Shown one piece after another: positions 17,697-27,622 of a DNA stretch of 64,000 bases; position 1 is the first letter of the stretch; each line of letters starts with the position of its first letter. The position numbers and the translations under genes are program-made. This DNA comes from Acidobacteriaceae bacterium. GTDB lineage: Bacteria; Acidobacteriota; Terriglobia; Terriglobales; Acidobacteriaceae. The stretch spans positions 12,850 through 76,849 of the forward strand of contig JASHOY010000462.1 of NCBI GenBank assembly GCA_030038435.1, in the 5' to 3' direction. A model generated the notes under the pieces. It was given only the letters and a program-made list of their open reading frames with translations, had not been told where the DNA came from and did not search any database.

Positions 17697-18454
17697 CGAA
17701 TGCTCTCCAGCCTTTTCCTGGGCGCCGCCACTTCAGTGACCCGGAGTCCGAAATTCCCGTTCACCAACACCACTTCCCCGCGGGCCACAATCTTGTCGCC
17801 CACAATCAGATCCACCGGGTCAGCCACGTGCCGGTCCAGTTGCACTACGTCGCCGGGCCCGAGATCGAGGATTTCGCCCAGCGGCATCTCGCGCGCACCG
17901 AAACGCAGGGAAGCCTCGAGTTCCACATCCAGCAGCAGCTCGACGCCCTGGCTGAGCACCGGAACCGGCTCTGTCTGCGGAGCAGCGGTCGCCGGCGGTG
18001 CTCCCTGCTCTGCCGTGGCGTCCCGTGCCGCTTGCGGAGCCCTGTCCTTGATCTCCTCCTTCACCAAAATGGTCCAGCTGCGCTCGCCCGTTCGCAGTTG
18101 AAACGCCCGCGAAGTCGAGCTGCCGCACTCGGTCTCTTCAAACTTCTCGACACGGCAATTCTTTCCCGTCCTGGCCAGCAGTTCACCGGCGGCGGCCTCT
18201 GCGGTCTCGCGCAGCAGTTCCTCCCAGCCCGCCTTCTGGTCCACGCCCTCGCCGACCAGCGTCGATTCCTGCACATCCCCGTCCACGGTGATCGTGAACC
18301 GGCCTGCGCAGTCGCCGCGCAGAGTGGCCGCAAAGGCAAACGCCCCGGCTTGCAAAGGCTTGGGCAGAGACTCCACAAGCTCTGGCTCACCGGCCAGGGC
18401 CTGCGAAAACAGGGCTGTGGATACCTCAACCCAGCAATCCAGATAGGTCATCAT
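17684..18454 (-). CDS. fliN: Flagellar switch protein FliN with N-terminal CheC/CheX-like domain (FliY-like)
   Basis: C-terminal SpoA domain LLLDVELEASLRFG...ARGEVVLVNGNFGLRVTEV. Confidence 0.88.
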   Translation of the reverse strand: MMTYLDCWVEVSTALFSQALAGEPELVESLPKPLQAGAFAFAATLRGDCAGRFTITVDGDVQESTLVGEGVDQKAGWEELLRETAEAAAGELLARTGKNCRVEKFEETECGSSTSRAFQLRTGERSWTILVKEEIKDRAPQAARDATAEQGAPPATAAPQTEPVPVLSQGVELLLDVELEASLRFGAREMPLGEILDLGPGDVVQLDRHVADPVDLIVGDKIVARGEVVLVNGNFGLRVTEVAAPRKRLESIRCLF

Positions 18455-19416
18455 GGCTCAGCCTCGCCTAGTTGTCTGACCAGCCGGGCGGCTCGATGTG
18501 CCCCTTGCCTCATGGCTTGTGCCTCAGCCAGCCTCTGGCTTCCCACACGCCACACCGGCAGCGTGTTTGCTGCCAGGTTGAGGCGCAGCACCGCGCCCGG
18601 CTCCAGGCCCTCGAGCTCGGCCGCTCCCAGACGCACCGCGGGCAATTGCAGCGAAGCCCCAAAACGGATTCGCCGCGCCAGTTGTTCCATGCGCACCCGG
18701 GTCTCGGCGGCGTGTCGGCGTCGCCGGCCCCAGTCGGTCGTCAGCCGCCGCAGAATGGTATTGGCCACCACCGCCGGAAAGGCCAGGTTCAGTACCCCCG
18801 AGCTGTGAGGCATACGGATCTCGAAGCTTAAGCAGAGGGTCTTCTCATTGACCGAGATGATCCGTGCCACCTGAGTCTGCATCTGCCGGCGTTCGAAATT
18901 GAAGCTCAGTCCCACCGATTGCCAGGCCACCGTAAGCTCCCGACAGATGATTTCCACCACGCTGCCCAGGATCGACTCTTCAATGTCCGTCAATTCGCGC
19001 AACGCGCCTTCCCTGCCGTCGCCGCCCAGGAGCAGATCGATCATCGGCGGAGCCAGCGCCAGATCAAGCTGCAGCACCGAGAGCGCGCCCAGCGGCTCCA
19101 ACCGCACCGAGGCCACGTAGCTGATCTCGGGAATGCGCAGCAGAAAGTCGTTGAACTGGATCTGCTCAGCCGAAACCAGGTTCACCTGGAACCGCGTGCG
19201 CAGCCAGGCCGCCAGATTGTGGGTCAGGTTGCGGGCAAACAGATCGTTGAGCATGCTGATGGCGCGCAGCTGCTCGGCGGAAATCTCTCCTGCCGAGGCA
19301 AAGTTGTAGGACACCACTCGCGCCCGTACCTCGCTGCGTCCCGCCTCCGGCGCAGCCTGTTGCGCAGCTTCGAAAAGCGCATCGATTTCATGCTGTTTTA
19401 GCGTCTTTTCCGCCAA
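18451..19416 (-). CDS. fliM: Flagellar switch protein FliM
   Basis: N-terminal LKQHEIDALF CheY-binding motif; IDLLLGG and RELTDIE. Confidence 0.92.
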   Translation of the reverse strand: MAEKTLKQHEIDALFEAAQQAAPEAGRSEVRARVVSYNFASAGEISAEQLRAISMLNDLFARNLTHNLAAWLRTRFQVNLVSAEQIQFNDFLLRIPEISYVASVRLEPLGALSVLQLDLALAPPMIDLLLGGDGREGALRELTDIEESILGSVVEIICRELTVAWQSVGLSFNFERRQMQTQVARIISVNEKTLCLSFEIRMPHSSGVLNLAFPAVVANTILRRLTTDWGRRRRHAAETRVRMEQLARRIRFGASLQLPAVRLGAAELEGLEPGAVLRLNLAANTLPVWRVGSQRLAEAQAMRQGAHRAARLVRQLGEAEP

Positions 19417-19489
19417 CCCTCATCCCTCCACCCATTCCCAGGCTCGTAACGCGCGGTTGCGCGCAATGGCCAGGCCCGCAAAAAGCCCC

Positions 19490-20353
19490 TCATCTTCCGC
19501 TGCGAACTTTTCCCGCCGGAACCGGGCCCCACGGCTGGCCAACTGCGCCGCGCTCGACGGCTCCGCGGGCGGCCAGATCCTTGAGAGCTGCGCGCAGATG
19601 TACCACCGCCGAAGCATGGATCTGCGATACCCGGGACTCCACCACGCCCAGCGCCAGCCCGATTTCGCGCATGGTCATCTCCTCGAAGTAATAGAGAGTC
19701 ATGACCAGCCGCTCGCGCTCGGGCAGATGGGAAATCGCATCCGCCAGCCGCTCTTCCATCTCGCTTCTGAGACACCGGAACAGCGGATCCTCTTCCGGTC
19801 GTCCTGGCACGTACGCCAACTCCTCCTCGCCCGAATCCTCGTTGCGCTCCACATGCAGGGTGCCGATTTCCAGTCCTTTCAGATCGCCCAGCAGCTGCTG
19901 ATATTCTTCGAGGTCCAGCCCCAACTCCGCCGCCACCTCTCCCTCGCCCGGCGCCCGGCCCAGCCTTCCCATCAAGGCCCGGATGGCCTCTTCTACGGCC
20001 CGGCCCTTGCGCCGCAAATCGCGCGGGCTCCAATCGAGCGTACGCAAGCTGTCAAGAATCGCGCCCCGGATCCGGAACTGGGCGTAGCTGCGGAACTGCA
20101 CCTTTTTGGCAGGGTCGAACTTCTGGAAAGCGTCCATCAGCCCTACCACGCCGGCTGAAACCAGGTCCTCGATATCCACGTGGTGCGGCAGCCGGTCATG
20201 GATCCGCCGCGCCAAAAATCGCACAATTGGAAGGTGCTCCAAAAGCACCCGCTCCTCGTCGCCGCTTAACGCCATGGCCGCCGGCGCATAGCCTTCAAAC
20301 GCCGCATTCCTGGCCGTCGCCTTGCCGCCTGCTACGGCCGCTTCAGTCGCCAT
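19490..20353 (-). CDS. fliA: Flagellar sigma factor (sigma28, FliA/WhiG)
   Basis: YAQFRIRGAILDSLRTLDW and EIGLALGVVESRVSQIH motifs. Confidence 0.96.
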   Translation of the reverse strand: MATEAAVAGGKATARNAAFEGYAPAAMALSGDEERVLLEHLPIVRFLARRIHDRLPHHVDIEDLVSAGVVGLMDAFQKFDPAKKVQFRSYAQFRIRGAILDSLRTLDWSPRDLRRKGRAVEEAIRALMGRLGRAPGEGEVAAELGLDLEEYQQLLGDLKGLEIGTLHVERNEDSGEEELAYVPGRPEEDPLFRCLRSEMEERLADAISHLPERERLVMTLYYFEEMTMREIGLALGVVESRVSQIHASAVVHLRAALKDLAARGAVERGAVGQPWGPVPAGKVRSGR

Positions 20354-20365
20354 CGCCGTTCCCCC

Positions 20366-22468
20366 TCAGCGTACTGTGCCCACCGGCCGCAGCCGTATCT
20401 CCGGCGGAATCTCCGCCGCAGAAACCACCGCCAGTCGAGGCAAAATTGGTTCCAGCCAGCGTTTTACCTGGTAGCGGGCCGCACCTGGACAGAGGAGCAC
20501 GGGAGGGGCCGAAGAGGGAGTTGCGACGATAAGACGATTCAAAGAATCGGCTAACCGCCGCAGCAATGGAGCCGCCGGTGCCGAAGCGGCAGCCAGCAGC
20601 CGCTGCCCCGTCTCTGGAGCCAGCGTGGCCAAGAGTTCCTCTTCCAACGCCGGATCCAGCAGTATCACCGGCAATTGCCCGTCCGTGTCCAGCAATGGCC
20701 GCACCAGCCTTCTTCCCATTGCCTGCCGCGCCGCTTCCACCAGCGCAACCGTCGATTTGTTCCCCGGCGCCGTCTCCACCAGCGCCTCCAGAATCAGTCC
20801 CAGGTCGCGGATCGATACTCGTTCTCTCAGGAGCTGATCGAGCACCCGCTCCACCTCGCCCAGGGTCATCATTTTGGGCACCAGCTCTTCCGCCAGCTTG
20901 GGATGGCTGTCATTGAGCGAATCCAGCAGCCGCTTGGTCTCCGCCCGGCCCAGCAGTTCCCACGCATGCCGTCGTATCAGTTCGCCGAGGTGTGTGGTAA
21001 TTACGGTCACCGCGTCCACCACCGAGTAGCCCGCGGCAATCGCCTGCTCCTCCAGTGCCGGCGCAATCCACACCGCTGGAACCCCGAATGCCGGTTCACG
21101 GGTTTCCCGGCCCCCCAACGGCCTTCTTCCCGGGTCACCGGAAACCGCCAGCAGCTGCGTGGCTTCTGTCTGCCAGCGTCCGATCTCGATTCCCCGCAGC
21201 GAGAACAGGTACTCGCGCGGCTTAAGCCGCAGGTTGTCCGAAATATGGACCGGCGGAATCAGGAACCCCAGTTCCGCCGACAACTGCCTGCGTAGCGACC
21301 GCACCCGGGCCAGCAGTTTCCCCCCCTGTTTCTCGTCCACCAAGGGAATCAGCTGGAACCCGATCTCCAGGGTCAGGTCTTCGAGCTTCAGCAGCCCTTC
21401 CAACTCCGCTCCGGAGGCGTCGGCTTTCTTCTTGCCTTCGGGCGCCGATTGCGTCGGCGTTGCCACCTGCTCCTGCTTCTCCAAATGTCGCGCGCCCCAG
21501 AACAATCCGCCGGCAACGGCGAGAAATGCCAGCTTCGGCAAGCCGGGAATCAGGCACATCGCCCCTGAAACCAGGCTGGACAGATACAACGTTGTAGGCC
21601 GTCCCAGCAGTTGCTGCCGGATCTCGCCTCCCAACATCCCCGCCGAATTGGCCCTGGTCAGCGTGATTCCGCCGGCCACGCTCACCAGCAGCGACGGAAT
21701 CAGCGTCACCAGCCCGTCGCCTACCGTCAGAACCGTGTAGGTCCGTGCCGCTTCGCCCAGCGCCACTCCCTGCTGCAGTGTTCCGATCAGCAATCCCGCC
21801 ACGATGTTGATCGCCGTAATCAAGATGGTGGCCAGCGAATCGCGCTGATTGAAACGCGCCGCGCCGTCCATCGCCCCATAGAACTCGGCCTCGCGCGCAA
21901 TCGCCTGCCGTCGCCGCCGCGCTTCAGCCTCGTCGATCAGCCCGGCATTCATGTCGGCATCGATGGCCATCTGCTTGCCCGGAAGCGCATCGAGGGTGAA
22001 CCGCGCCGTCACCTCGGCGGTGCGCACCGCGCCGTGCGACACCACCAGGAACTGGATCGCCACCAGCGCCAGGAAGAGCACGAAACCCACCACGTAGTTG
22101 CCGCCCACCACGAATTGCCCGAAGGCCTCGATTACTTTGCCCGCGGCGGCCGTGCCTTCCGACCCGTGCAGCAGAATTCTCCGGCTCGAGGCGATGTTCA
22201 ACGACAGCCGGAACAGTGTCAGCAGCAGGAGCAGGGTAGGAAAAACGCTCAACTCCACGGCGCGGCGGATCTGGACTGCGGATAGAAACACGATCACCGA
22301 GCAGGCCATGGAAATGGCCAGCAAAAAATCCAACCCGGCCGCGGGCACCGGCACCAGCATCACGAAAACCACGCTCACCGCGGCCAGCGGCAGGAGATAT
22401 TCCCGTATCCGGTGCAGTATCGAAATCCGCCCGGGCAGAGCCGTGGGAGCCAGCGCAGCCGTACTCAT
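20366..22468 (-). CDS. flhA: Flagellar export gate FlhA
   Basis: AEVTARFTLDALPGKQMAIDAD, FYGAMDGA and LLRERVSIRDL motifs. Confidence 0.97.
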   Translation of the reverse strand: MSTAALAPTALPGRISILHRIREYLLPLAAVSVVFVMLVPVPAAGLDFLLAISMACSVIVFLSAVQIRRAVELSVFPTLLLLLTLFRLSLNIASSRRILLHGSEGTAAAGKVIEAFGQFVVGGNYVVGFVLFLALVAIQFLVVSHGAVRTAEVTARFTLDALPGKQMAIDADMNAGLIDEAEARRRRQAIAREAEFYGAMDGAARFNQRDSLATILITAINIVAGLLIGTLQQGVALGEAARTYTVLTVGDGLVTLIPSLLVSVAGGITLTRANSAGMLGGEIRQQLLGRPTTLYLSSLVSGAMCLIPGLPKLAFLAVAGGLFWGARHLEKQEQVATPTQSAPEGKKKADASGAELEGLLKLEDLTLEIGFQLIPLVDEKQGGKLLARVRSLRRQLSAELGFLIPPVHISDNLRLKPREYLFSLRGIEIGRWQTEATQLLAVSGDPGRRPLGGRETREPAFGVPAVWIAPALEEQAIAAGYSVVDAVTVITTHLGELIRRHAWELLGRAETKRLLDSLNDSHPKLAEELVPKMMTLGEVERVLDQLLRERVSIRDLGLILEALVETAPGNKSTVALVEAARQAMGRRLVRPLLDTDGQLPVILLDPALEEELLATLAPETGQRLLAAASAPAAPLLRRLADSLNRLIVATPSSAPPVLLCPGAARYQVKRWLEPILPRLAVVSAAEIPPEIRLRPVGTVR

Positions 22469-23685
22469 CGCGCGCCTCCTGCGATCGGCGGCTGGCCCGG
22501 CACCGGCGGCGGGGGAATCACGGTTGCCCTACCGGCCCCCGCAAACGCGCTGGCCTGGGCGCGTGCCGCCTCGGCGTGTGCGGCCCCAGTGTGGGCGGTG
22601 CCATGCGCGGCCTCCCGCGCTCGCCGCTCCTTCATCTCCGCCTCCACGCGCTGCCGGTAGAGATAGGCCAGGATCGCCGCTACTGCCGCATACAGCTCTA
22701 CCGGAATCGACTGTCCGATCTCCACGGAACGATACAGGGACCGCGCCAGCGGCGGATTCTCCACGATCGGCACGCCCGCCCAGCGTGCTTCCGCTTTGAT
22801 CTCTTCGGCGAGCAGATTCCGCCCCTTGGCCAGCACTTTCGGCGCTTCCATGGTCCCGAAGTCGAATCCCAGCGCAACCGCATAATGGGTCGGATTGGTC
22901 AGCACCACCGCCGCCCGTGAGACATCGGCCTTAACCCGTCTCCGACGCATCTGCCGCTGCAGCCCGCGAATGCGGCTGCGGATCTGCGGACTGCCTTCGG
23001 TCTCCTTGTACTCCTCGCGCAGATCATCGCGGCTCATCCTCAGGCGCGACTCGCGGCTCCGCCATTCGGTCGCGTAATCCACCAGCGCCCAGGCGAACAA
23101 GAGCCATGCCGCCGTCAGTAGCAGACCGTAGATGTCCGCTCCCAGCAGTTCGAGTCGGGCGGTCGAAAATGGAGGCACCGTCATTTGCCTGGCGATGCGC
23201 TGCGCCGCAAAAACCGCCAGCAGCGCCGCCGGAATCAGCGACTTGCCCAGCCGCGCCGCGGCCCGCAACGAAAACAGGTTCTTCATATTTGCGGCTGGAT
23301 TGATGCGCTCCAGCTTCAATCCCGCCGCACCGGCATAAAGGCTAAGTCCGCCCGTCTGCAGCATGCCCACACCGGCCGCCGCCGCCACCGCCGCGCCCAT
23401 CGCCATCGCCGGAGCTGCGGTCACATTGAGGCACAGCCGCCGCGCCTGGTTCAGCGTTGCCTCGATCCGGTCAGGCTCCCAGCTAGCCGGCGCACCCAGC
23501 GCCAGAAACGACGCATAGGCCCCGCGCCAGGCCTCCATCATCCTGCTGCCCAGCATTCCCAGGACCATGGCTCCGGCCAGCGTTCCCGCAGCCGCAGTCA
23601 ATTCGCGACTGTGCAGGATGTCACCTTCCTGCCGTGCTTTTTCGCGCCGGTGCTGCGTAGCCTGTTCGGTCCGCTCTCCTGGCAT
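22465..23685 (-). CDS. flhB: Flagellar export switch FlhB
   Basis: ERTEQAT, EYKETEGSP and the autocleavage motif TNPTH. Confidence 0.97.
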   Translation of the reverse strand: MPGERTEQATQHRREKARQEGDILHSRELTAAAGTLAGAMVLGMLGSRMMEAWRGAYASFLALGAPASWEPDRIEATLNQARRLCLNVTAAPAMAMGAAVAAAAGVGMLQTGGLSLYAGAAGLKLERINPAANMKNLFSLRAAARLGKSLIPAALLAVFAAQRIARQMTVPPFSTARLELLGADIYGLLLTAAWLLFAWALVDYATEWRSRESRLRMSRDDLREEYKETEGSPQIRSRIRGLQRQMRRRRVKADVSRAAVVLTNPTHYAVALGFDFGTMEAPKVLAKGRNLLAEEIKAEARWAGVPIVENPPLARSLYRSVEIGQSIPVELYAAVAAILAYLYRQRVEAEMKERRAREAAHGTAHTGAAHAEAARAQASAFAGAGRATVIPPPPVPGQPPIAGGAR

Positions 23686-23688
23686 GCT

Positions 23689-24465
23689 CTATCCCCTCAC
23701 CCCATGCGGCGCGATCGTAATCAGCCGCTCGGCCATGTCCAGCAGTCCGGCGAACCGCGTCTCGATAAACCGCGGCCACAACGCCAGCGCCCCAGTGAGA
23801 ACCGCAAACCCGGTCAGAGTTTTCACCGGCACGCTCAGCGACATCACCGGCAACTGCGGGCTCAGCTTGCCCATCAGCGCAATGGCCACCTCCACCAGCA
23901 GGGTTGCAGCGAGCACCGGCGCGGCCAGCTCCAGAGCCGCCAGAAACAAGCCGGCCGCAGCCTCCACCACCGCCAGCGCCGAGGCCGGCTGCAGGGCAAA
24001 CTCGCCCAGGGGCACAGCGCGAAAGCTGCGCACCATCGATGCCAGCAGAATGCGGTCCAGTCCCGCTGCCATCACCACCAGAGTGCCCATCAGCTGGAAA
24101 AGTTCTCCCATGAGGGGGGTTTCGATCGTTGATCCCGGATCCAGCAGGTTCACCAGAGAAAAGCTGAACTGCAGTCCGACAATCTGTCCTGCGAAGATAA
24201 GCATCTCGTTCAGCAGCGCCAGCGATATCCCGTAAACCAGCCCCACCGCCAGCTCACCGATCAGCGCAGAGAAATCGAGCGTGGCGTTCGCATGGGGCAG
24301 CGCCGCCACCAGTGGCGCCAGCAAAAACGCCACCGCGCCGACGAAGCCCGCCTTCGCCCCCAGAGGCAACGCCTTGGACGAGAAGAACGGAGCGAAGGCC
24401 ACCATCGCACTTACCCGCACCATGGCCAGCGTCATTGCGCTCAAGAATGTGCTCCAGTCCGGCAT
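23689..24465 (-). CDS. fliR: Flagellar export protein FliR
   Basis: APFFS, FAGQIVGLQ and LSPQLPV motifs; hydrophobic; synteny. Confidence 0.92.
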   Translation of the reverse strand: MPDWSTFLSAMTLAMVRVSAMVAFAPFFSSKALPLGAKAGFVGAVAFLLAPLVAALPHANATLDFSALIGELAVGLVYGISLALLNEMLIFAGQIVGLQFSFSLVNLLDPGSTIETPLMGELFQLMGTLVVMAAGLDRILLASMVRSFRAVPLGEFALQPASALAVVEAAAGLFLAALELAAPVLAATLLVEVAIALMGKLSPQLPVMSLSVPVKTLTGFAVLTGALALWPRFIETRFAGLLDMAERLITIAPHGVRG

Positions 24466-24617
24466 ATGCAGCTTGCAGCCTTTCGTGCTTATCGATCAGG
24501 TTCTTGTTTTTTCACGTTCTCGATCTTTACCCCCGCGGCGCGCTTCGCTCATTTCCATCGCCGCGTTTTCAGCAAGCCCATGGAAAGCAGATTGCTGAGA
24601 ACTCAAAGCTGCCTCCC

Positions 24618-24887
24618 TCACCCCAGATAGCGGCGCAGATCGCTCAGTAAATGCACGGTGTAGGTTGCCATCCGGCCCAGAAACCAGGGCATCCCCACCA
24701 GCAGCATCATGGCCACCGCCGCCAGCCGCGGCACTGTGGTCAGCGACTGTTCCTGCAGGCTGGTCAGGGTCTGAATGAGACTCAGCACAAAGCTCAGAGC
24801 CATGGCTGCAATCAGCAAAGGCGCCGCCAGAATCATCGCCTCCTTCATCAATTGCCGCAGCAGCTCTGCGACCAAATCCGGGGTCAT
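24618..24887 (-). CDS. fliQ: Flagellar export protein FliQ
   Basis: SLIQTLTSLQEQSLTTVPRL; 89 aa. Confidence 0.94.
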   Translation of the reverse strand: MTPDLVAELLRQLMKEAMILAAPLLIAAMALSFVLSLIQTLTSLQEQSLTTVPRLAAVAMMLLVGMPWFLGRMATYTVHLLSDLRRYLG

Positions 24888-24897
24888 CCAGCCCTCC

Positions 24898-25605
24898 TCA
24901 AAAACTCTTCAGCAACGAAGCGGCCAGCAGATGCCAGCCATCCACCATCACGAAAAGCAGAATTTTCAGCGGCGTCGAAACCACCACCGGCGGCAATTGG
25001 AACATCCCGATCGAAGTGGTAATTGCCGCCGTCACCATATCGATCAGGAGAAAAGGGAGAAACAGCACCGCCCCGATCGCAAACCCGGCCTTCAGCTCCG
25101 ACAGAATGTAAGCCGGAACCACTACGCGCATGGGCAGATCGTCGGGCGAGTTGGGGCGCGCAATCTGCCCAGCGGCTGCGAACAGCTCCAAATCCTTTTC
25201 GCGCGCGTACTTGAGCAGAAAGTGCTTCACCGGCTGCGCGCCCTGCGCAATGGCCTGCATGCCCGTGATCTCGCCCGCCCGGTACGGTTCCACCGCCGCC
25301 TTGTCCACCTGGTTCAGCACCGGCGTCATCAGGAACCAGGTCATCATCAGACCCAGCCCCATCAGCGTCGCATTCGACGGCGCCGTCTGCGTTCCCAGCG
25401 CCTGGCGCAAAAAATGAAACACCACCAGCAGCCGAACCAGCGGGGTCATGGCCATCAGAATTGCCGGCAGCAGCGTGATCAGCGTCAGGACCAGCAAAAT
25501 TGTCCACGGCGTCGAGTCCGAGGGATGCAGCCTGGCGTTTAGATCGGGAAGCAACGGAAGCGGCGCAGCCATTGCCAGTCGCGCTGCGGGCCAGAGCGTC
25601 ACCAT
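24898..25605 (-). CDS. fliP: Flagellar export protein FliP
   Basis: LRQALGTQTAPSN, PAYILSELK and PLKILLFVMVDGW motifs. Confidence 0.96.
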   Translation of the reverse strand: MVTLWPAARLAMAAPLPLLPDLNARLHPSDSTPWTILLVLTLITLLPAILMAMTPLVRLLVVFHFLRQALGTQTAPSNATLMGLGLMMTWFLMTPVLNQVDKAAVEPYRAGEITGMQAIAQGAQPVKHFLLKYAREKDLELFAAAGQIARPNSPDDLPMRVVVPAYILSELKAGFAIGAVLFLPFLLIDMVTAAITTSIGMFQLPPVVVSTPLKILLFVMVDGWHLLAASLLKSF

Positions 25606-25889
25606 GAAATCCTCGCCATCCGCCCCGCGCCGTCCGGCGCTTGAAGCCGGGCGCCCCCTCCGACGGGGAAGAACGCCGGGGAGCCCTCGGCCGAGATGGC
25701 CACCAGGAAACGCCGGCCGTCAGCCTCCACCAGCGCCAACGATTGGCGGGGGGCTAATTGGATCCGCTCCAGAAGCTCCAGCCTCGCTCGCTGCCCGCGG
25801 TGCGCGCAGCGCAGCTTCTTCATCAACCATGCGGCCCATCCGCCAATCGCCGGTCTTTCTGCTGTTTGCCTGTCCATTTCCGCCTGCAA
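25599..25889 (-). CDS. fliO: FliO-like protein
   Basis: LELLERIQLAPRQSLALVEADGRRFLVA; directly upstream of fliP. Confidence 0.8.
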   Translation of the reverse strand: MQAEMDRQTAERPAIGGWAAWLMKKLRCAHRGQRARLELLERIQLAPRQSLALVEADGRRFLVAISAEGSPAFFPVGGGARLQAPDGAGRMARISW

Positions 25890-25902
25890 TCTCCGCGCTT
25901 TT

Positions 25903-26277
25903 CTAAGCCAGCCGCGTTATCCGCACTGCCATCTCTGACTCGATCACTTCGAATTCGCTCCATGCCAGCTGCACTTCGCCTGCAGCGAGCGGCAGATCCT
26001 CCCCGCTCGTCCACTGCGACTCGATCACTTCGCCGGGCTTGAGGGCCAGAAGATTGCGGACGCGAAAATCCCGCACCGGTATGGCTACGTCGAGCTCCAC
26101 CGGCAGCCGCGCCACTGCCCCGCCAAATTCCGCTCCGGCGGCTTCGCCTCCCGGCTGCCTCACCGGCGCCAGGGCCTGCTCGATGGCCGCCTGATTTGGC
26201 CCCTCTGTCGGCGAAGCCGACGGTGCTGTTGCCACCGGCGGTGGCAAGGGATGCGGCGCTGTCTGTGCGGCGGCCAT
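25903..26277 (-). CDS. Second FliN/FliM C-terminal (SpoA) domain protein
   Basis: LPVELDVAIP..LLALKPGEVI..MAVRITRL. Start inferred at MAAAQ; the ORF is open to 26418. Confidence 0.8.
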   Translation of the reverse strand: MAAAQTAPHPLPPPVATAPSASPTEGPNQAAIEQALAPVRQPGGEAAGAEFGGAVARLPVELDVAIPVRDFRVRNLLALKPGEVIESQWTSGEDLPLAAGEVQLAWSEFEVIESEMAVRITRLA

Positions 26278-26290
26278 CGCTGCCCCAAGC

Positions 26291-26307
26291 TGCAGAAACG
26301 TGACCAG
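26291..26307 (-). promoter_or_regulatory. Candidate sigma54 promoter for the fliN-like-fliOPQR-flhBA-fliA operon
   Basis: CTGGTCACGTTTCTGCA gives GG-N10-GC and shares CTGG..TTCTGCA with the flgF site. Confidence 0.65.
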
Positions 26308-26508
26308 AAACGAGACAGGAAGATGGGTGAAAACTAATGAAGGAACTCCAATTCTCTCCGCCCCTTCCCAGGGCCTGCCGCAACTGCAGCTTCCTCGCAT
26401 TGCCAGGCCTCTGAGCAACTTCGCTGGTAAACTGAAAAGAGAGATTGAACTACGCGTGCGGCGCGGCTTGTCCGCGTATCAGCTCCAGCGCATCGAGGAT
26501 CCGGAACC

Positions 26509-27489
26509 ATGTCCAGCCAGAACGGGAACACGCAATCGTCTGCTCAGAACGGGAACACGCAATCATCCCCCGCCGGCCTGCGCCTCAAAATCGGCCTGGC
26601 GGAAATGCTCAAGGGCGGCGTAATCATGGACGTTATGAGCGTCGAGCAGGCGCGCATCGCCGAGGAGGCCGGCGCCGCCTCGGTCATGGCCCTGGAGCGC
26701 GTTCCCGCCATGATCCGCGCCGAAGGCGGAGTGGCCCGCATGGCCAAACCTTCGCTTATCAAGCAGATCATCAACGCCGTCTCCATCCCGGTCATGGCCA
26801 AGGCCCGCATCGGCCACTTCGCCGAGGCGCAGATCCTGGAGGCGCTGGGCGTCGACTTCATTGATGAGAGCGAGGTCCTCACCCCCGCCGATGAGACCCA
26901 CCACATCGACAAGCACGCCTTCAAAACGCCTTTCGTCTGCGGCGCCCGCAACCTCGGCGAAGCTCTGCGCCGCATCGCCGAAGGCGCGGCCATGATCCGC
27001 ACCAAGGGTGAAGCCGGCACCGGCGACGTGGTCCACGCCGTGCAGCACATGCGCCAGATCACCCGGCAGATGCGCGAGCTCACCACCCTCACCGACCAGG
27101 AGCTTTACGCCGCCGCCAAGGATCTCCAGGCCCCTTACGAACTGGTCCGCATTGTCGCCCAGGCCGGCAAGCTCCCCGTGCCCAACTTCTCCGCAGGCGG
27201 CATCGCCACACCCGCCGATGCGGCCCTCATGATGCAGCTCGGCGCCGAAGCCATCTTTGTTGGCTCCGGGATCTTTATGAAGGAACGCGCCACGCCGCTC
27301 GACGTCGAGAACGATCCCAAGGAGCGCGAAGAAGCCGTCAGCCGCGCCAAGGCCATCGTGATTGCCACCACGCACTTCAACGATCCCAAGATCCTCGCCG
27401 AAGCCAGCGAGCAGGTCACCGGAACGATGAAGGGCCTGGCCGCCGCCGCCATCGAAGAGAAGGAACTCCTACAAACCCGCGGCTGGTAG
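26509..27489 (+). CDS. pdxS: Pyridoxal 5'-phosphate synthase lyase subunit
   Basis: [31 protein letters not shown] and [10 protein letters not shown] motifs. Confidence 0.98.
   Translation: MSSQNGNTQSSAQNGNTQSSPAGLRLKIGLAEMLKGGVIMDVMSVEQARIAEEAGAASVMALERVPAMIRAEGGVARMAKPSLIKQIINAVSIPVMAKARIGHFAEAQILEALGVDFIDESEVLTPADETHHIDKHAFKTPFVCGARNLGEALRRIAEGAAMIRTKGEAGTGDVVHAVQHMRQITRQMRELTTLTDQELYAAAKDLQAPYELVRIVAQAGKLPVPNFSAGGIATPADAALMMQLGAEAIFVGSGIFMKERATPLDVENDPKEREEAVSRAKAIVIATTHFNDPKILAEASEQVTGTMKGLAAAAIEEKELLQTRGW
26518..26564 (+). repeat. 27-bp-period in-frame duplication at the PdxS N-terminus (QNGNTQS x2)
   Basis: CAGAACGGGAACACGCAATC at 26518 and 26545. Confidence 0.85.
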
Positions 27490-27622
27490 GGTTCCACTGG
27501 CGGCGTTTCTCGACCGGACTCAGTTCCCTCTATTTGGGCACTGAAGTCATACGCGTCATCGCTGGTCAACGCATGCAGCGAAGTTCTTTATCAATTCGTC
27601 TAGTACGTCCGAAGCAGGTTTT

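Noticed and set aside
24466-24617. Possible sigma28 promoter or riboswitch in the fliQ-fliR gap
   Set aside because: ATCGATAA has no TAAA-like -35 at 15-nt spacing, and I could not find a c-di-GMP riboswitch core.
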